64,000 bases of DNA from an uncultured Clostridia bacterium (GTDB lineage: Bacteria > Bacillota > Clostridia > TANB77 > CAG-508). Both the position numbers and the translations under genes were made by a program. Of the stretch, positions 18,015-28,251 are shown piece by piece. The stretch spans positions 1,565 through 65,564 of the forward strand of contig CAKPDR010000009.1 of assembly GCA_934149075.1 (NCBI GenBank), given 5' to 3'. Numbering within the stretch: the first letter of the stretch is position 1; the number at the start of each line of letters is the position of its first letter. The notes under the pieces were generated by a model. The model was given only the letters and a program-made list of their open reading frames with translations. It made no database searches and was not told the DNA's origin.

Positions 18015-21000
18015 TTATCCAAACAAACTCAATTGATTACTTTGACTCATTCCTTCCAAGCAACCGAATTGACGTAATAATTCTGTTACAGAATCACCTA
18101 TTTTTGCACGTATTTTCATATCATCAATTGACATGAATTTTTCTTCTTCTCTTGCTCTCATTATGCTTTCAGCCGCAACTGAACCTAATCCAGCTATACT
18201 ATTTAAAGGAGGACGAATACTATCTCCTTCTACTAAAAATTTTGTTGCATGTGACTTATATAAATCTATTGGTAAAAATCTAAATCCTCTTTCATACATT
18301 TCTAATACTATTTCCAAGTCATCATACATATCTTTGTCTTTTGGTGTTGCTGCATTTCCCATCATATCTATTTCTTTCATTTTATTTTTTACTTTTTCTT
18401 TTCCATTTATCATTGCTTCCGCGTCAAACGCTTTTGCTCTAATTGAATAATATGCTGCATAATATGCAAGTGGAATATGTACTTTGAACCATGCTATTCT
18501 GAAAGCATTTGTCACATATGCTGCTGCATGGGCCTTTGGAAACATGTATTTAATTTTTTCACATGATTTTACATACCAATCAGGTACTCCATGTTCTTCC
18601 ATTAATGGTATATATTCGTCTTTCCATTTTGGTTCTTTACCTTTTGCTACTTTTCCTTTACGTACCGCTTCCATTATTTTAAATGCTTTGTCTGGTGGTA
18701 ATCCTTTTTGCATTAGATATACCATTATATCGTCACGACAACATATTGCTTCTTTTAATGTTACTATTCCTTGTTCTATTAATGTTTGGGCATTTCCTAA
18801 CCATACATCTGTACCATGTGATAATCCTGATAAACGTATTAGTTCATCAAATGTGGTTGGATGTGTGTCCATAAGCATCCCTCTTGCAAATTTTGTTCCA
18901 TATTCAGGTATTCCAAATGTTCCAACTTCTGAATGTATTTGTTCTGGTGTTACTCCTAGGGCTGTTGTTGAATTGAATATTGACATTGTTTCTTTGTCGT
19001 CTAACGGAATTGCTGTTGGTGCTACTCCTGTTATGTCTTGTAACATACGAATTACTGTCGGATCGTCGTGTCCCAGTATGTCTAATTTTAGTAAGTTTCC
19101 GTCTATTGAGTGATAATCAAAGTGTGTTGTTATTATGTCTGAGTTTGGATCATCAGCGGGATGTTGTACTGGTGTAAATTCATATATTTCTCTTCCTTTT
19201 GGTACTACAATTATTCCGCCTGGATGTTGTCCTGTTGTTCTTTTTATTCCAGTACATCCTGCTGAAAGCCTTGTTATTTCTGCTTTATTTACTGGTATAT
19301 TTCTTTCTTCGTAATATTTTTTAACATAACCAAATGCTGTTTTATCTGCAACTGTACCTACTGTTCCTGCTTTAAATGTTGTTCCTTTTCCAAAGATTAC
19401 TTCTGTATATTTATGTGCTTTTGCTTGATATTCTCCTGAGAAGTTTAAGTCTATATCTGGTTCTTTATCTCCATTAAATCCCAAGAATGTTTCAAATGGT
19501 ATGTCCATTCCATCTTTTGCTAATTTTGCACCACATTTGGGGCAGTCTTTATCTGGTAAGTCAAATCCATTTCCTACTCCATAATCTTCAAATTCTGAAT
19601 ATTTGCATTTTGGACATCTATAATGTGGCTTTAATGAGTTTACTTCTGTTATACCTGTCATATATGCTACAAGTGACGAACCTACTGACCCTCTTGATCC
19701 TACTATATATCCATCTTCATTTGATTTCCATACTAATTTTTGTGCTATTATATACATTACTGAATATCCATTACTTATTATTGAATTTAACTCTTTGTCA
19801 AGTCTTGCTTGTACTATTTCTGGCAATGGATCTCCATATAATTCATGTGCCTTGTTATAAGCTATGTTTTTTATATCTTCTTCACATCCTGGTATATGTG
19901 GTGGACATTTTTCAGGTGATATTGGATCTATTCTATCACACATATCTGATATTTTATTTGTGTTTGTTACAACTACTTCATATGCTTTTTCTTCTCCTAA
20001 ATAGCTAAACTCTTGTAACATTTCTTCTGTTGTTCTTAAATATAATGGTGCTTGATTATCTGCATCTTTATATCCTTGACCTGCTTCTAATATACGTCTG
20101 TATATTTCATCTTGTGGATCCATAAAATGGACATCACATGTTGCTACAACTAGTTTGTTTAGTTTTTCTCCTAATTCTACTATTTTACGATTTATGTCTT
20201 TTAAATATTCTCTATCTGGTACTTTTCCATCTCTTACTAAAAAATCATTGTTTCCTATTGGTTGAATTTCTAGATAATCATAATCTCTTGCTATATTTTC
20301 TATTTCTTCATCTGATTTTCCAAGTTCTATTGCTTGATATAATTCTCCCGCCTCACATGCACTTCCTAATATTAAACCTTCTGAATATTTTTTGTATATA
20401 CTTTTTAATATACGTGGTTTTTTATAAAAATAATGTAAATGTGAAAGAGATACTAATTTATATAAATTTCTTAGTCCAATATAATTTTTTGCTAATATTA
20501 TTGCATGATATGTATTTAATTTTTTGTATTCTTCTTTCTTAGCATTTTCATCTCTTCCTATGGTGTCTATTTCTTCAACCTTTGTAACTCCTCTATCTTT
20601 TAATTTTTGTATCATTACATTAAATACTTTAACTGTTGTATCTACATCATCTAATGCTCTATGTGCTACTTCTACTACTATTCCTAATTCATCTGCAATT
20701 TTACCAAGTTTGTATTTTTTCATATTTGGAAATATATCCTTTGCAAGTGTTAATGTGTCTATTACTGTATAATCAAATTCATATCCTAATGCTTTTGCGT
20801 TTTGCTTTAAAAATCCAACATCAAATTTTGCATTATGTGCAACAATTATTGAATCTCCTAAAAATTCTAGTATTTTGGGAAATACTTTATCAATTGTTTC
20901 TGCATCTTTTACCATTTCATCTGTTATGTTTGTAACATCTACAACTCTTTGTGGAATTGGTTTCTCTGGATTTACAAAACAACTAAATTCATCTATTACC

Positions 21001-22841
21001 TCTCCATTTTGTACTTTCATTATTCCAACTTCTGTTATTTTTTCTGTTACTGCTGAAAACCCTGTTGTCTCTAAGTCTAATACACAATAGGTTGTATCTA
21101 ATGGTTGGCCTTTTGCATTTGTTACTGAATTTTCTTTGTCTGGTGCAAGATATGCTTCTACTCCATAAATTACTTTCATATCTTGGTTATCTCTTCCAAG
21201 TAAATGATATGCTTCTGGGAATGCTTGTACAACTCCATGGTCTGTTATTGCTATTGATTTCATTCCCCAGCTCATTGCTCTTTTTATTAAATCCTCTGCT
21301 GATGTCATTGCATCCATTTGACTCATTTTTGTATGCATATGTAATTCTACTCTTTTTACTTCTGCATGGTCTTCTCTTTTTGTCTTTGGTAATGGTTCTG
21401 ACACTACTATTGTATTTGCCATTACAGTTAACTCATTTGAAAAAGCATCCATTTGAGCTCTTCCTGCTAATTTTATCGCTTTCGTTCCTTTTAATCTTTT
21501 TATGATTTTTTTTGCACTATTTCCAGGTAAAAAAGCTTTACATGTCATAGTACTTGTTCCATCATATATGTCTATACTTAAAATTACCTTTCCTGATTTT
21601 GTTTCTTTATCTTCCATTGCTTGTATTTCACCATCTATACATACATTTCCTGTTTCTGGGTTAATATCTACTATTTTTACAAGTGGATCACTTATATTCA
21701 CTGATGAACCTAAAATTAATGGCGTACTGTCATCTTCTTCTGGAAGTGGTGGCATTCCTTCATCTGATATTTCAGCAATTATATTTGCCATTACAGTTAT
21801 ATCTCCTGCATAACTATCAAATCCAGCTTTACCTGTTGTCTTTATTGCCTTTGCTGATTTTATTTTTTCTAATATTTCATTTCCTTTTGCTCCGTCTTCT
21901 GCAAATGATTTACATGTAATTATTCCTGTACCATCATATATTTCGTATATTAACATTCCTTTTCCTGTTTTTGTTTCTCTACATTCACTGTTTACAATTC
22001 TTCCTTCTAGTGTTACTCTTCCAGAATTAGCATCTAATTCTTTTATCTTCATTTTCTTTTCCTTAGCTCTTGATGGTTTTCCAAATATGATATTTTCTGC
22101 TTGTGGTAATTCTTCCATTTCTGGCATATATCCTAGTTCTTCTTCTGGTGGAATAGCATAATCTGCATCATTATATGGTCCTTCTGGAAGTGGTGGAATA
22201 TCTCCTTGTATTTCTGGAGTAGTGTATTGTTCTTCTTGATGTGTTCTTATTGCAATTCCTCTCATTGCTTCATGTACTGCTTGTTCTTCAATCTTTTTTG
22301 TCTTTTCTTGAAATGCTTTTACTTCTTGCTCTTTTATTTTTTCTTCTATATTTACTTTATACTTTTTTCCAAATAAATTATATATTACATTTTCAAGTTC
22401 TCTATCCAATTTTCTTGCTTTTAGGAAATCCGCTCCTTTTATTTGCATATATACATTTACTTTGTTATCGGTTAATTCTACTTTACTTTTTAATAATAGC
22501 AATGGTCTCATTAACGGATATTTATGTGCCATATAGCATATTAAATTTTCCCATTCATCATCAATTCTTTTTATATATATTCCTTCTGGATATGTCATTA
22601 GCATATGTACTTGTTCAAACTGAAATCTTTCTCTTAAGAATTTTTCAAAATACCATATTTCTTTTATTTCTATATATTCCTTTGAAGCCATACCTAGTTC
22701 CAATGTGTTTATTCTTTTTATAAAATTCATTTTTGTTATTACTACATCTGCTATATTACTGTTTGTTTTATAATCACTGAATACATCTCCAATTTTCCTA
22801 CTTTTCTTTATTTCTTGTACTTCTGCCATTTGTTTTTTCAT
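18015..22841 (-). CDS. polC: DNA polymerase III PolC-type (Gram-positive replicase), 1608 aa with a tandemly duplicated OB-fold domain
   Basis: Collinear with B. subtilis PolC: PHP (VELHMHTKMSQMDA), DEDDh exonuclease (YCVLDLETTGFS..VAHNAKFDVGFL), PHP-C, Zn-finger (CPKCKYSEF..CPKCG), palm/fingers (GSRGSVGSS.., HPGGIIVVP, LDILGHDDPTVIRMLQD), C-terminal LSLFG. Confidence 0.95.
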   Translation of the reverse strand: MKKQMAEVQEIKKSRKIGDVFSDYKTNSNIADVVITKMNFIKRINTLELGMASKEYIEIKEIWYFEKFLRERFQFEQVHMLMTYPEGIYIKRIDDEWENLICYMAHKYPLMRPLLLLKSKVELTDNKVNVYMQIKGADFLKARKLDRELENVIYNLFGKKYKVNIEEKIKEQEVKAFQEKTKKIEEQAVHEAMRGIAIRTHQEEQYTTPEIQGDIPPLPEGPYNDADYAIPPEEELGYMPEMEELPQAENIIFGKPSRAKEKKMKIKELDANSGRVTLEGRIVNSECRETKTGKGMLIYEIYDGTGIITCKSFAEDGAKGNEILEKIKSAKAIKTTGKAGFDSYAGDITVMANIIAEISDEGMPPLPEEDDSTPLILGSSVNISDPLVKIVDINPETGNVCIDGEIQAMEDKETKSGKVILSIDIYDGTSTMTCKAFLPGNSAKKIIKRLKGTKAIKLAGRAQMDAFSNELTVMANTIVVSEPLPKTKREDHAEVKRVELHMHTKMSQMDAMTSAEDLIKRAMSWGMKSIAITDHGVVQAFPEAYHLLGRDNQDMKVIYGVEAYLAPDKENSVTNAKGQPLDTTYCVLDLETTGFSAVTEKITEVGIMKVQNGEVIDEFSCFVNPEKPIPQRVVDVTNITDEMVKDAETIDKVFPKILEFLGDSIIVAHNAKFDVGFLKQNAKALGYEFDYTVIDTLTLAKDIFPNMKKYKLGKIADELGIVVEVAHRALDDVDTTVKVFNVMIQKLKDRGVTKVEEIDTIGRDENAKKEEYKKLNTYHAIILAKNYIGLRNLYKLVSLSHLHYFYKKPRILKSIYKKYSEGLILGSACEAGELYQAIELGKSDEEIENIARDYDYLEIQPIGNNDFLVRDGKVPDREYLKDINRKIVELGEKLNKLVVATCDVHFMDPQDEIYRRILEAGQGYKDADNQAPLYLRTTEEMLQEFSYLGEEKAYEVVVTNTNKISDMCDRIDPISPEKCPPHIPGCEEDIKNIAYNKAHELYGDPLPEIVQARLDKELNSIISNGYSVMYIIAQKLVWKSNEDGYIVGSRGSVGSSLVAYMTGITEVNSLKPHYRCPKCKYSEFEDYGVGNGFDLPDKDCPKCGAKLAKDGMDIPFETFLGFNGDKEPDIDLNFSGEYQAKAHKYTEVIFGKGTTFKAGTVGTVADKTAFGYVKKYYEERNIPVNKAEITRLSAGCTGIKRTTGQHPGGIIVVPKGREIYEFTPVQHPADDPNSDIITTHFDYHSIDGNLLKLDILGHDDPTVIRMLQDITGVAPTAIPLDDKETMSIFNSTTALGVTPEQIHSEVGTFGIPEYGTKFARGMLMDTHPTTFDELIRLSGLSHGTDVWLGNAQTLIEQGIVTLKEAICCRDDIMVYLMQKGLPPDKAFKIMEAVRKGKVAKGKEPKWKDEYIPLMEEHGVPDWYVKSCEKIKYMFPKAHAAAYVTNAFRIAWFKVHIPLAYYAAYYSIRAKAFDAEAMINGKEKVKNKMKEIDMMGNAATPKDKDMYDDLEIVLEMYERGFRFLPIDLYKSHATKFLVEGDSIRPPLNSIAGLGSVAAESIMRAREEEKFMSIDDMKIRAKIGDSVTELLRQFGCLEGMSQSNQLSLFG

Positions 22842-23023
22842 TCCTTCCTAGGATTTTTTTATCTCTTTTTGTCTTGGATTATATTATCATAAATTTATCT
22901 TTTTTTCAATAAAAATAAAAATTTGATAAATAATGAATATTTAAATTTTACACAAAAAGGTCTTGAAATTTTCACAATAAAATATTATTATATATAAAGC
23001 TTATAACAAAGGAGGAATTATCA

Positions 23024-23668
23024 ATGGCAAGAATAAGTAAAAAAGAAAAAGAAGCCGAAAAAATTGAAAAAGAAGAAAATGTAGAAAATTTAGAAAATCT
23101 TGAAGTTACTACAAATACTTCAAAAACAAAAAATATGGAAGATTTAAAAAATATTTTAGCAGAATTAAAAACTGTATTATCAAATCTAGACGTAAACATT
23201 TCTCAATTAGACTCATCAATTTCATCAAATAAAGAAATAGTAGATGATAAAAAAAATGATGAAATTACAGATAGTAATACACTTTTAATTTCTGAAACAC
23301 AAAGTAAAGTTGTATTACCTTATAAAATAGAAAATGTAAAAAAAATCTTAAATGAAAATTCTAAATATGAAACACTTCAAGATGTCATTAATGTAGAATA
23401 TACATTACCTATTACAAAATACAAGAACTCATCAAAATCACGATTTAAAGAAGCTTACAGTTTAATGCGTAAAAAAGAAAAAGCTTCTGTATTTGATAGC
23501 TTAAGTGTAGCTACAGAAATGACATTTAACAATTCTCTTAATCCTGCAGTCATAACTGCTTGCGAAAATTTAGATCAACTTGATGTATATGTTGATTGTT
23601 TATCTTCTAATAAACTTGACAAATTTAATTATTTTAAGGTAAAATATGAAGCTTTACCAAAAAAATAA
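23024..23668 (+). CDS. Hypothetical protein (214 aa, Lys/Glu/Asn-rich)
   Basis: AAAGGAGGAA RBS; followed by a bidirectional terminator hairpin (AGAAAAAACTAT..ATAGTTTTTTCT). Confidence 0.5.
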   Translation: MARISKKEKEAEKIEKEENVENLENLEVTTNTSKTKNMEDLKNILAELKTVLSNLDVNISQLDSSISSNKEIVDDKKNDEITDSNTLLISETQSKVVLPYKIENVKKILNENSKYETLQDVINVEYTLPITKYKNSSKSRFKEAYSLMRKKEKASVFDSLSVATEMTFNNSLNPAVITACENLDQLDVYVDCLSSNKLDKFNYFKVKYEALPKK

Positions 23669-23705
23669 GAAAAAACTATTTATATAGTTTTTTCTTATTT
23701 TTTGT

Positions 23706-24713
23706 TTAATTTTCATTATTTAAAGCTTTTTCAATTAATTTATCTAATAGCTCTGAATATGTAATTCCAATTGCTTCTAACAATTTTGGATACATACTTA
23801 TTTTGGTAAAACCCGGCATTGTATTTATTTCATTTATATATATTTTGTTTGTTTCTTTTTCTATAAAGAAATCTACTCTTGCCAAGCCTTTTCCATCAAT
23901 TGCTTTAAATGCTTTTACTGCAAGTTTCTTAATTTCTTCCATTTTGCTTTCTTCAATTTCTGCTGGAATAATAGTTTTTGACTCTTGAATATTATATTTT
24001 GCATCAAAACTATAAAATTCCTCTGCTGATATTATTTCTCCTACTGTTGATGCAATAATGTCTTTGTCTTCTAAAACAGCACATTCTATCTCTCTAGCAT
24101 CTATCCCCTGTTCTACTAAAATTTTATTATCATATTTTCCCGCATGTTCTATTGCCATTTTTAATTCACTATTATTGGTAGCTTTTTTTACTCCAATTGA
24201 AGATCCTGAATTAGATGGTTTTACAAACATTGGAAACTTTATTTTATCAGTTATTTTTTCTATTTTAAATTCTTCTTCTTCAAATTTTTCATCTATAATT
24301 GCATATCCATCCTTATTTTTCTTTATATATATATACGGTGCTTGGTCGATTCTAGCTTTTTCGAAAATAACTTTTGTATACACTTTATCCATCCCTATAC
24401 TTGAAGCCAAGACTCCACTTCCTACATATGGAATTTTTAACATTTCAAACATTCCTTGTATTGTGCCATCTTCTCCTCCTAATCCATGCAATACTGGAAA
24501 TAGAACATCTAAATCTTTTAAAGTCCATACTAAATTATATATCTCTTCCCTTTCACCACTACCTTTTTCAAAATATTTTCCATATTCATTTATATAAATC
24601 TCATGTATTTCATATTTTTCTTTATCTAAGTTTTCTATTATAGATTTTGCTGACATTACTGAAATATCATGTTCTGTTGATATTCCTCCATAAATAATAC
24701 CTAATTTTATCAT
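23706..24713 (-). CDS. ddl: D-alanine--D-alanine ligase; start at the ATG after GGAGGG (the ORF-track TTG start is rejected)
   Basis: MIKLGIIYGGISTEHDISVMSAKSI.., ATP-grasp motifs, C-terminal EINTMPGFT. Confidence 0.92.
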   Translation of the reverse strand: MIKLGIIYGGISTEHDISVMSAKSIIENLDKEKYEIHEIYINEYGKYFEKGSGEREEIYNLVWTLKDLDVLFPVLHGLGGEDGTIQGMFEMLKIPYVGSGVLASSIGMDKVYTKVIFEKARIDQAPYIYIKKNKDGYAIIDEKFEEEEFKIEKITDKIKFPMFVKPSNSGSSIGVKKATNNSELKMAIEHAGKYDNKILVEQGIDAREIECAVLEDKDIIASTVGEIISAEEFYSFDAKYNIQESKTIIPAEIEESKMEEIKKLAVKAFKAIDGKGLARVDFFIEKETNKIYINEINTMPGFTKISMYPKLLEAIGITYSELLDKLIEKALNNEN

Positions 24714-24832
24714 ATTACCCTCCAACTTTTTTATTATATTTATATGACTTTTATTTTTATTTATTCTAATTTTTCTCTATAGCACAGCATACATTTATAT
24801 TATGAATATTTATATTTCGAAAGGAGATTTTT

Positions 24833-26566
24833 ATGCCAATTTCTTTAAGTAATAAAAAGAAAATGAGAAATGCATTATTTATTGTTTTAATTGTTTTAAC
24901 ATTGCTAACAACAAGATTAGCTTATATTCAATTTGTATGGGGAGTCGAATTAAGTGAAAAAGCCGGAACTCAACAATCCCAAAGTAGAACTATAACAGCA
25001 AAAAGAGGTACTATTTATGACGCTACCGGAAAATATATTTTAGCAGAAAGTTCTAGTGTTGAATTTGTAAGTGTAAATCCAACAAATATTTCTGATAAAA
25101 ATAAAGAAATAGTTGCAAAAGCTTTGAGTAATATTTTTGAACTTGATTATGAAAAAGTATTAAAAAAAGTATCTAAAAGAAGTTCTATCGAAACAATTGT
25201 AAAAAAAGTTGATAAAGAAAAGGCTGATGAATTAAGAACTTGGATGGAACAAAACGGAATAACTACTGGTATTAATATTGATGAGGATTCTAAAAGATAT
25301 TATCCTTATGGAGATCTTGCTGCACAAGTTATCGGATTTTGTGGTAGTGATAATCAAGGTTTAGATGGTGTTGAAGCAAAATATGATGATGAATTAAAAG
25401 GTACTAATGGAAAAATAAATAGGCAAACCAATGCAGCTGGTGTTAGTCTTGGTGATGAAGATTATGTTGCTGCAATTGATGGAAATAATTTATATTTAAC
25501 TATTGATATGACAATTCAATCTATTGTTGAAAAATACTTAGAAGAAGCTTGTATTGATAATGTTTGTACAGATGGTGGAAGTATTATTGCGATGGATCCA
25601 CGTAATGGTGACATTTTAGCTATGGCAACCTATCCTAGTTATGATTTAAATTCACCTTATGAACCTCATACAGAGGAATTAAAATCTGAATGGAATACAA
25701 TGGATTCACAAGCAAAATCTATTGCATTACAGAGTATGTGGAGAAATAAAGCTGTTTCTGATACTTATGAACCTGGTTCAGTTTTTAAAACTGTTACTGC
25801 CTCTGCTGCTCTCCAAGAAGGTATTGTTACCAATATAGATCAACAAGGTCAATTCTGCTGTACTGGTTCAATTGAAGTTGCAAAAACTAGGATAAAATGT
25901 TGGAGATATTATAGACCACATGGTTCTGAAAGTTTAAGATTAGCTTTAATGAATTCTTGTAATCCTGTTTTTATAGGATTAGGACAAAAAATCGGTATTA
26001 CAAAATATTATGAATATTTACGAAAATTTGGATTATTTTCTAAAACTGGAATTAAACTTCCCGGTGAAGCAAATAGTATTTTTGTAAAAGAGGAAAAAGC
26101 TGGTCCTGTTGAACTAGCAACTATTAGTTTTGGTCAAAGATTCGAAATTACTCCTCTTCAAATGATTACTGCAGTTTCTTCTATTGCTAATAATGGTGTT
26201 TATATAAAGCCTCGTATTGTTAGAAGTGTCCAAAATAGTGTGACTGGCGAAATTACTGATATGCCTATTGAAACTGGTGAACAAATTATTTCAAAAGAAA
26301 ACGCTCAAAAAGTTCTTAGTATGATGAATAGTGTTGTTTCTGAGGGTACTGGAAAAAATGCAAGAGTTGAAGGTTATCAAGTGGGTGGAAAAACTGGTAC
26401 TTCTGAAGATGGTGTTAATACTGGAAAATATGTTACTTCCTTTTGCGGTGTTGCTGAAACTGATAATCCTGAAATTGTTTTATTAATTACTTTATATAAT
26501 CCAACTGGTGAGGGGGGACATCAAGGAGGTGCGTGGCTCATTTTGTCACTACATATCATTCTATAA
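24833..26566 (+). CDS. Class B penicillin-binding protein (FtsI/SpoVD-family transpeptidase) whose last ~22 native codons are displaced by an insertion; the annotated 3' tail (AWLILSLHIIL) comes from the element
   Basis: TM anchor, dimerisation and transpeptidase domains (SxxK: GSVFKTVT; SxN: SCN; KTG: GGKTGTS); the conserved C-terminal GG-VAAPV-GKIF..LPYL block is missing here and is found at 31868-31935. Confidence 0.85.
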   Translation: MPISLSNKKKMRNALFIVLIVLTLLTTRLAYIQFVWGVELSEKAGTQQSQSRTITAKRGTIYDATGKYILAESSSVEFVSVNPTNISDKNKEIVAKALSNIFELDYEKVLKKVSKRSSIETIVKKVDKEKADELRTWMEQNGITTGINIDEDSKRYYPYGDLAAQVIGFCGSDNQGLDGVEAKYDDELKGTNGKINRQTNAAGVSLGDEDYVAAIDGNNLYLTIDMTIQSIVEKYLEEACIDNVCTDGGSIIAMDPRNGDILAMATYPSYDLNSPYEPHTEELKSEWNTMDSQAKSIALQSMWRNKAVSDTYEPGSVFKTVTASAALQEGIVTNIDQQGQFCCTGSIEVAKTRIKCWRYYRPHGSESLRLALMNSCNPVFIGLGQKIGITKYYEYLRKFGLFSKTGIKLPGEANSIFVKEEKAGPVELATISFGQRFEITPLQMITAVSSIANNGVYIKPRIVRSVQNSVTGEITDMPIETGEQIISKENAQKVLSMMNSVVSEGTGKNARVEGYQVGGKTGTSEDGVNTGKYVTSFCGVAETDNPEIVLLITLYNPTGEGGHQGGAWLILSLHIIL

Positions 26567-26629
26567 TGTTTAAACATTCAAAAAGAGTAATGGATAGCTT
26601 ATTTATGCTATCCATTACTCTTTTAAAGG

Positions 26630-27205
26630 TTAATCAAAGTTAACTTCAGGTACTTTTTTCGCACTCTCATCAGCTTCAAAATACTGCATTGGATAATATC
26701 CACTCATTCCAGCAATAAAACTACTTGGGATACTCTGTACTTTGGTATTATAAGCCTTTACTTTCTCATTATAATACTGTCTTGCTACAGAAATTCTATT
26801 TTCAGTTCCAGCTAATTCATCCTGTAATGCAATGAATTGTTCACTTGCTTTAAGCTCCGGATAATTCTCCGAAATTGCAAGTAATCTTCCTAGTGCAGAG
26901 TCTAAAGCATTGTTTGCTTCACTGATACTTTCAATATTTCCACTTTCAATACTTCCTGAAAGTTTCGCTCTCGCATCAGCAATTTCGGTAAATACTTCTT
27001 TCTCATGAGTTGCATAGCCTTTAACCGTTGCTACAAGATTCGGAATAAGGTCGCTCCGTCTCTGAAGTGTTGTCTCAATTTGAGACTGCTGCATTTCGAC
27101 ATCTTCTTTCAAAGATACCAAACTGTTTTTGGTTCCAAAAAACCAAAATGCTACCAAAATTACTACTGCAATTACTCCAAATAATACGCTTCTTCCACTC
27201 TTCAT
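26630..27205 (-). CDS. lemA: LemA family protein
   Basis: 191 aa; N-terminal TM then a LemA domain (LQRRSDLIPNLVATVKGYATHEKEVF...NYPELKASEQF..LQDELAGTENRISVAR). Confidence 0.85.
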   Translation of the reverse strand: MKSGRSVLFGVIAVVILVAFWFFGTKNSLVSLKEDVEMQQSQIETTLQRRSDLIPNLVATVKGYATHEKEVFTEIADARAKLSGSIESGNIESISEANNALDSALGRLLAISENYPELKASEQFIALQDELAGTENRISVARQYYNEKVKAYNTKVQSIPSSFIAGMSGYYPMQYFEADESAKKVPEVNFD

Positions 27206-27258
27206 GTAAATTACCTCCTAAAGTTTTGATTTTTTGTTTTCAATTTACAATTTGATTG

Positions 27259-28020
27259 TTATCTTGAGGCACCACCACCTCCGGAAAAACCTCCGCCGAA
27301 TCCTCCACCGGAAAATCCTCCGCCCGAAAATCCTCCACTAGAAAATCCTCCTGATGAACTTCCTCCACCACAGATAACTCCAATAATAATTAATGCAATA
27401 AGAATTATAACAATAATTATCAGTGCCCATGATGGTAATTCCTCATCAGAATCAGCTTCTTCATCAACAGAAATCTTACTTTCCACACCCTGAATTGATA
27501 TTTCATATTCTTCAGCCAAAACATTTAAAACTGCTTTAACAGTCATTTCTGTTGCTTTAGTATACTCATTATTTTCACGGTAAGGGACAAAATATTTGTC
27601 AAGAATTCGACCACATTTTGAGTCATTTAAGGCTCCTTCTAGTCCTCTGCCAATTTCAAGTCTAACTTTTTTATCAGACCGAGAAAATAGCAGTAGTGCT
27701 CCGTTGTCTTTTCCCTTTTTGCCAATTCCTAAAGTATTAAATAGATTATTTGCATAATCTTCAATACTTCTATCAAGCAGACTTTTTACTGATACAACAG
27801 CAAACTCTGCTTCTGTCTTTTCTTCAAGTTCTACCAGCATTTTGTTGAGTTTCTTTTCTACATCATCATCAATAATGTTATCATCATCATAGATGTAGAC
27901 ATCTTTCTCAATTTTGGGAATTGGAATTTTCTCTACTGATGTGGTACATCCAGTAATCATACTCACAAGTATAATTACCACCATAAATAGTGCATAAGAA
28001 GTTATCCGTTTTTTTCTCAT
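27259..28020 (-). CDS. TPM-domain (YgcG-like) lipoprotein with a C-terminal TM helix and Gly-rich tail ending GGGGASR
   Basis: Lipobox LVSMITGC; TPM_phosphatase-like domain; (GGFS)n tail. Confidence 0.8.
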   Translation of the reverse strand: MRKKRITSYALFMVVIILVSMITGCTTSVEKIPIPKIEKDVYIYDDDNIIDDDVEKKLNKMLVELEEKTEAEFAVVSVKSLLDRSIEDYANNLFNTLGIGKKGKDNGALLLFSRSDKKVRLEIGRGLEGALNDSKCGRILDKYFVPYRENNEYTKATEMTVKAVLNVLAEEYEISIQGVESKISVDEEADSDEELPSWALIIIVIILIALIIIGVICGGGSSSGGFSSGGFSGGGFSGGGFGGGFSGGGGASR

Positions 28021-28251
28021 ACTTTTTTTTCCTTTCTTTTCAGATTACAATCTGATTACTTTAATCTATATTAAATAAGCCAAAGCTTAACCATACAATA
28101 TAATACCATATTTTACATAAAATATCAAGTATTGTCTCAATATTTTTTCATAATTAAGACAATATAATTGTTTTGATTGAATTTTTATAAGAAAGACCAT
28201 AATTAAAGAGTACCCTAAAATAGAGTACCCTTTTTAGAAAATTAATCAAAT

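Noticed and set aside
6345-22723. Numerous 60-280-aa ORFs antisense to ptsI, fruA, fruK, polC, ddl, gatA and others (for example 6345-6809, 9295-10134, 18484-19113, 24058-24597)
   Set aside because: These are shadow ORFs typical of AT-rich DNA, embedded in strongly supported genes; they have biased S/F/L/I composition and no RBS.
26532-26566. The annotated PBP C-terminus AWLILSLHIIL* as the genuine end of the protein
   Set aside because: The conserved GG-VAAPV..IF..L.YL C-terminal block is absent here and is found in frame at 31868-31935, beyond the duplicated 14-bp core; this tail is read from element DNA.
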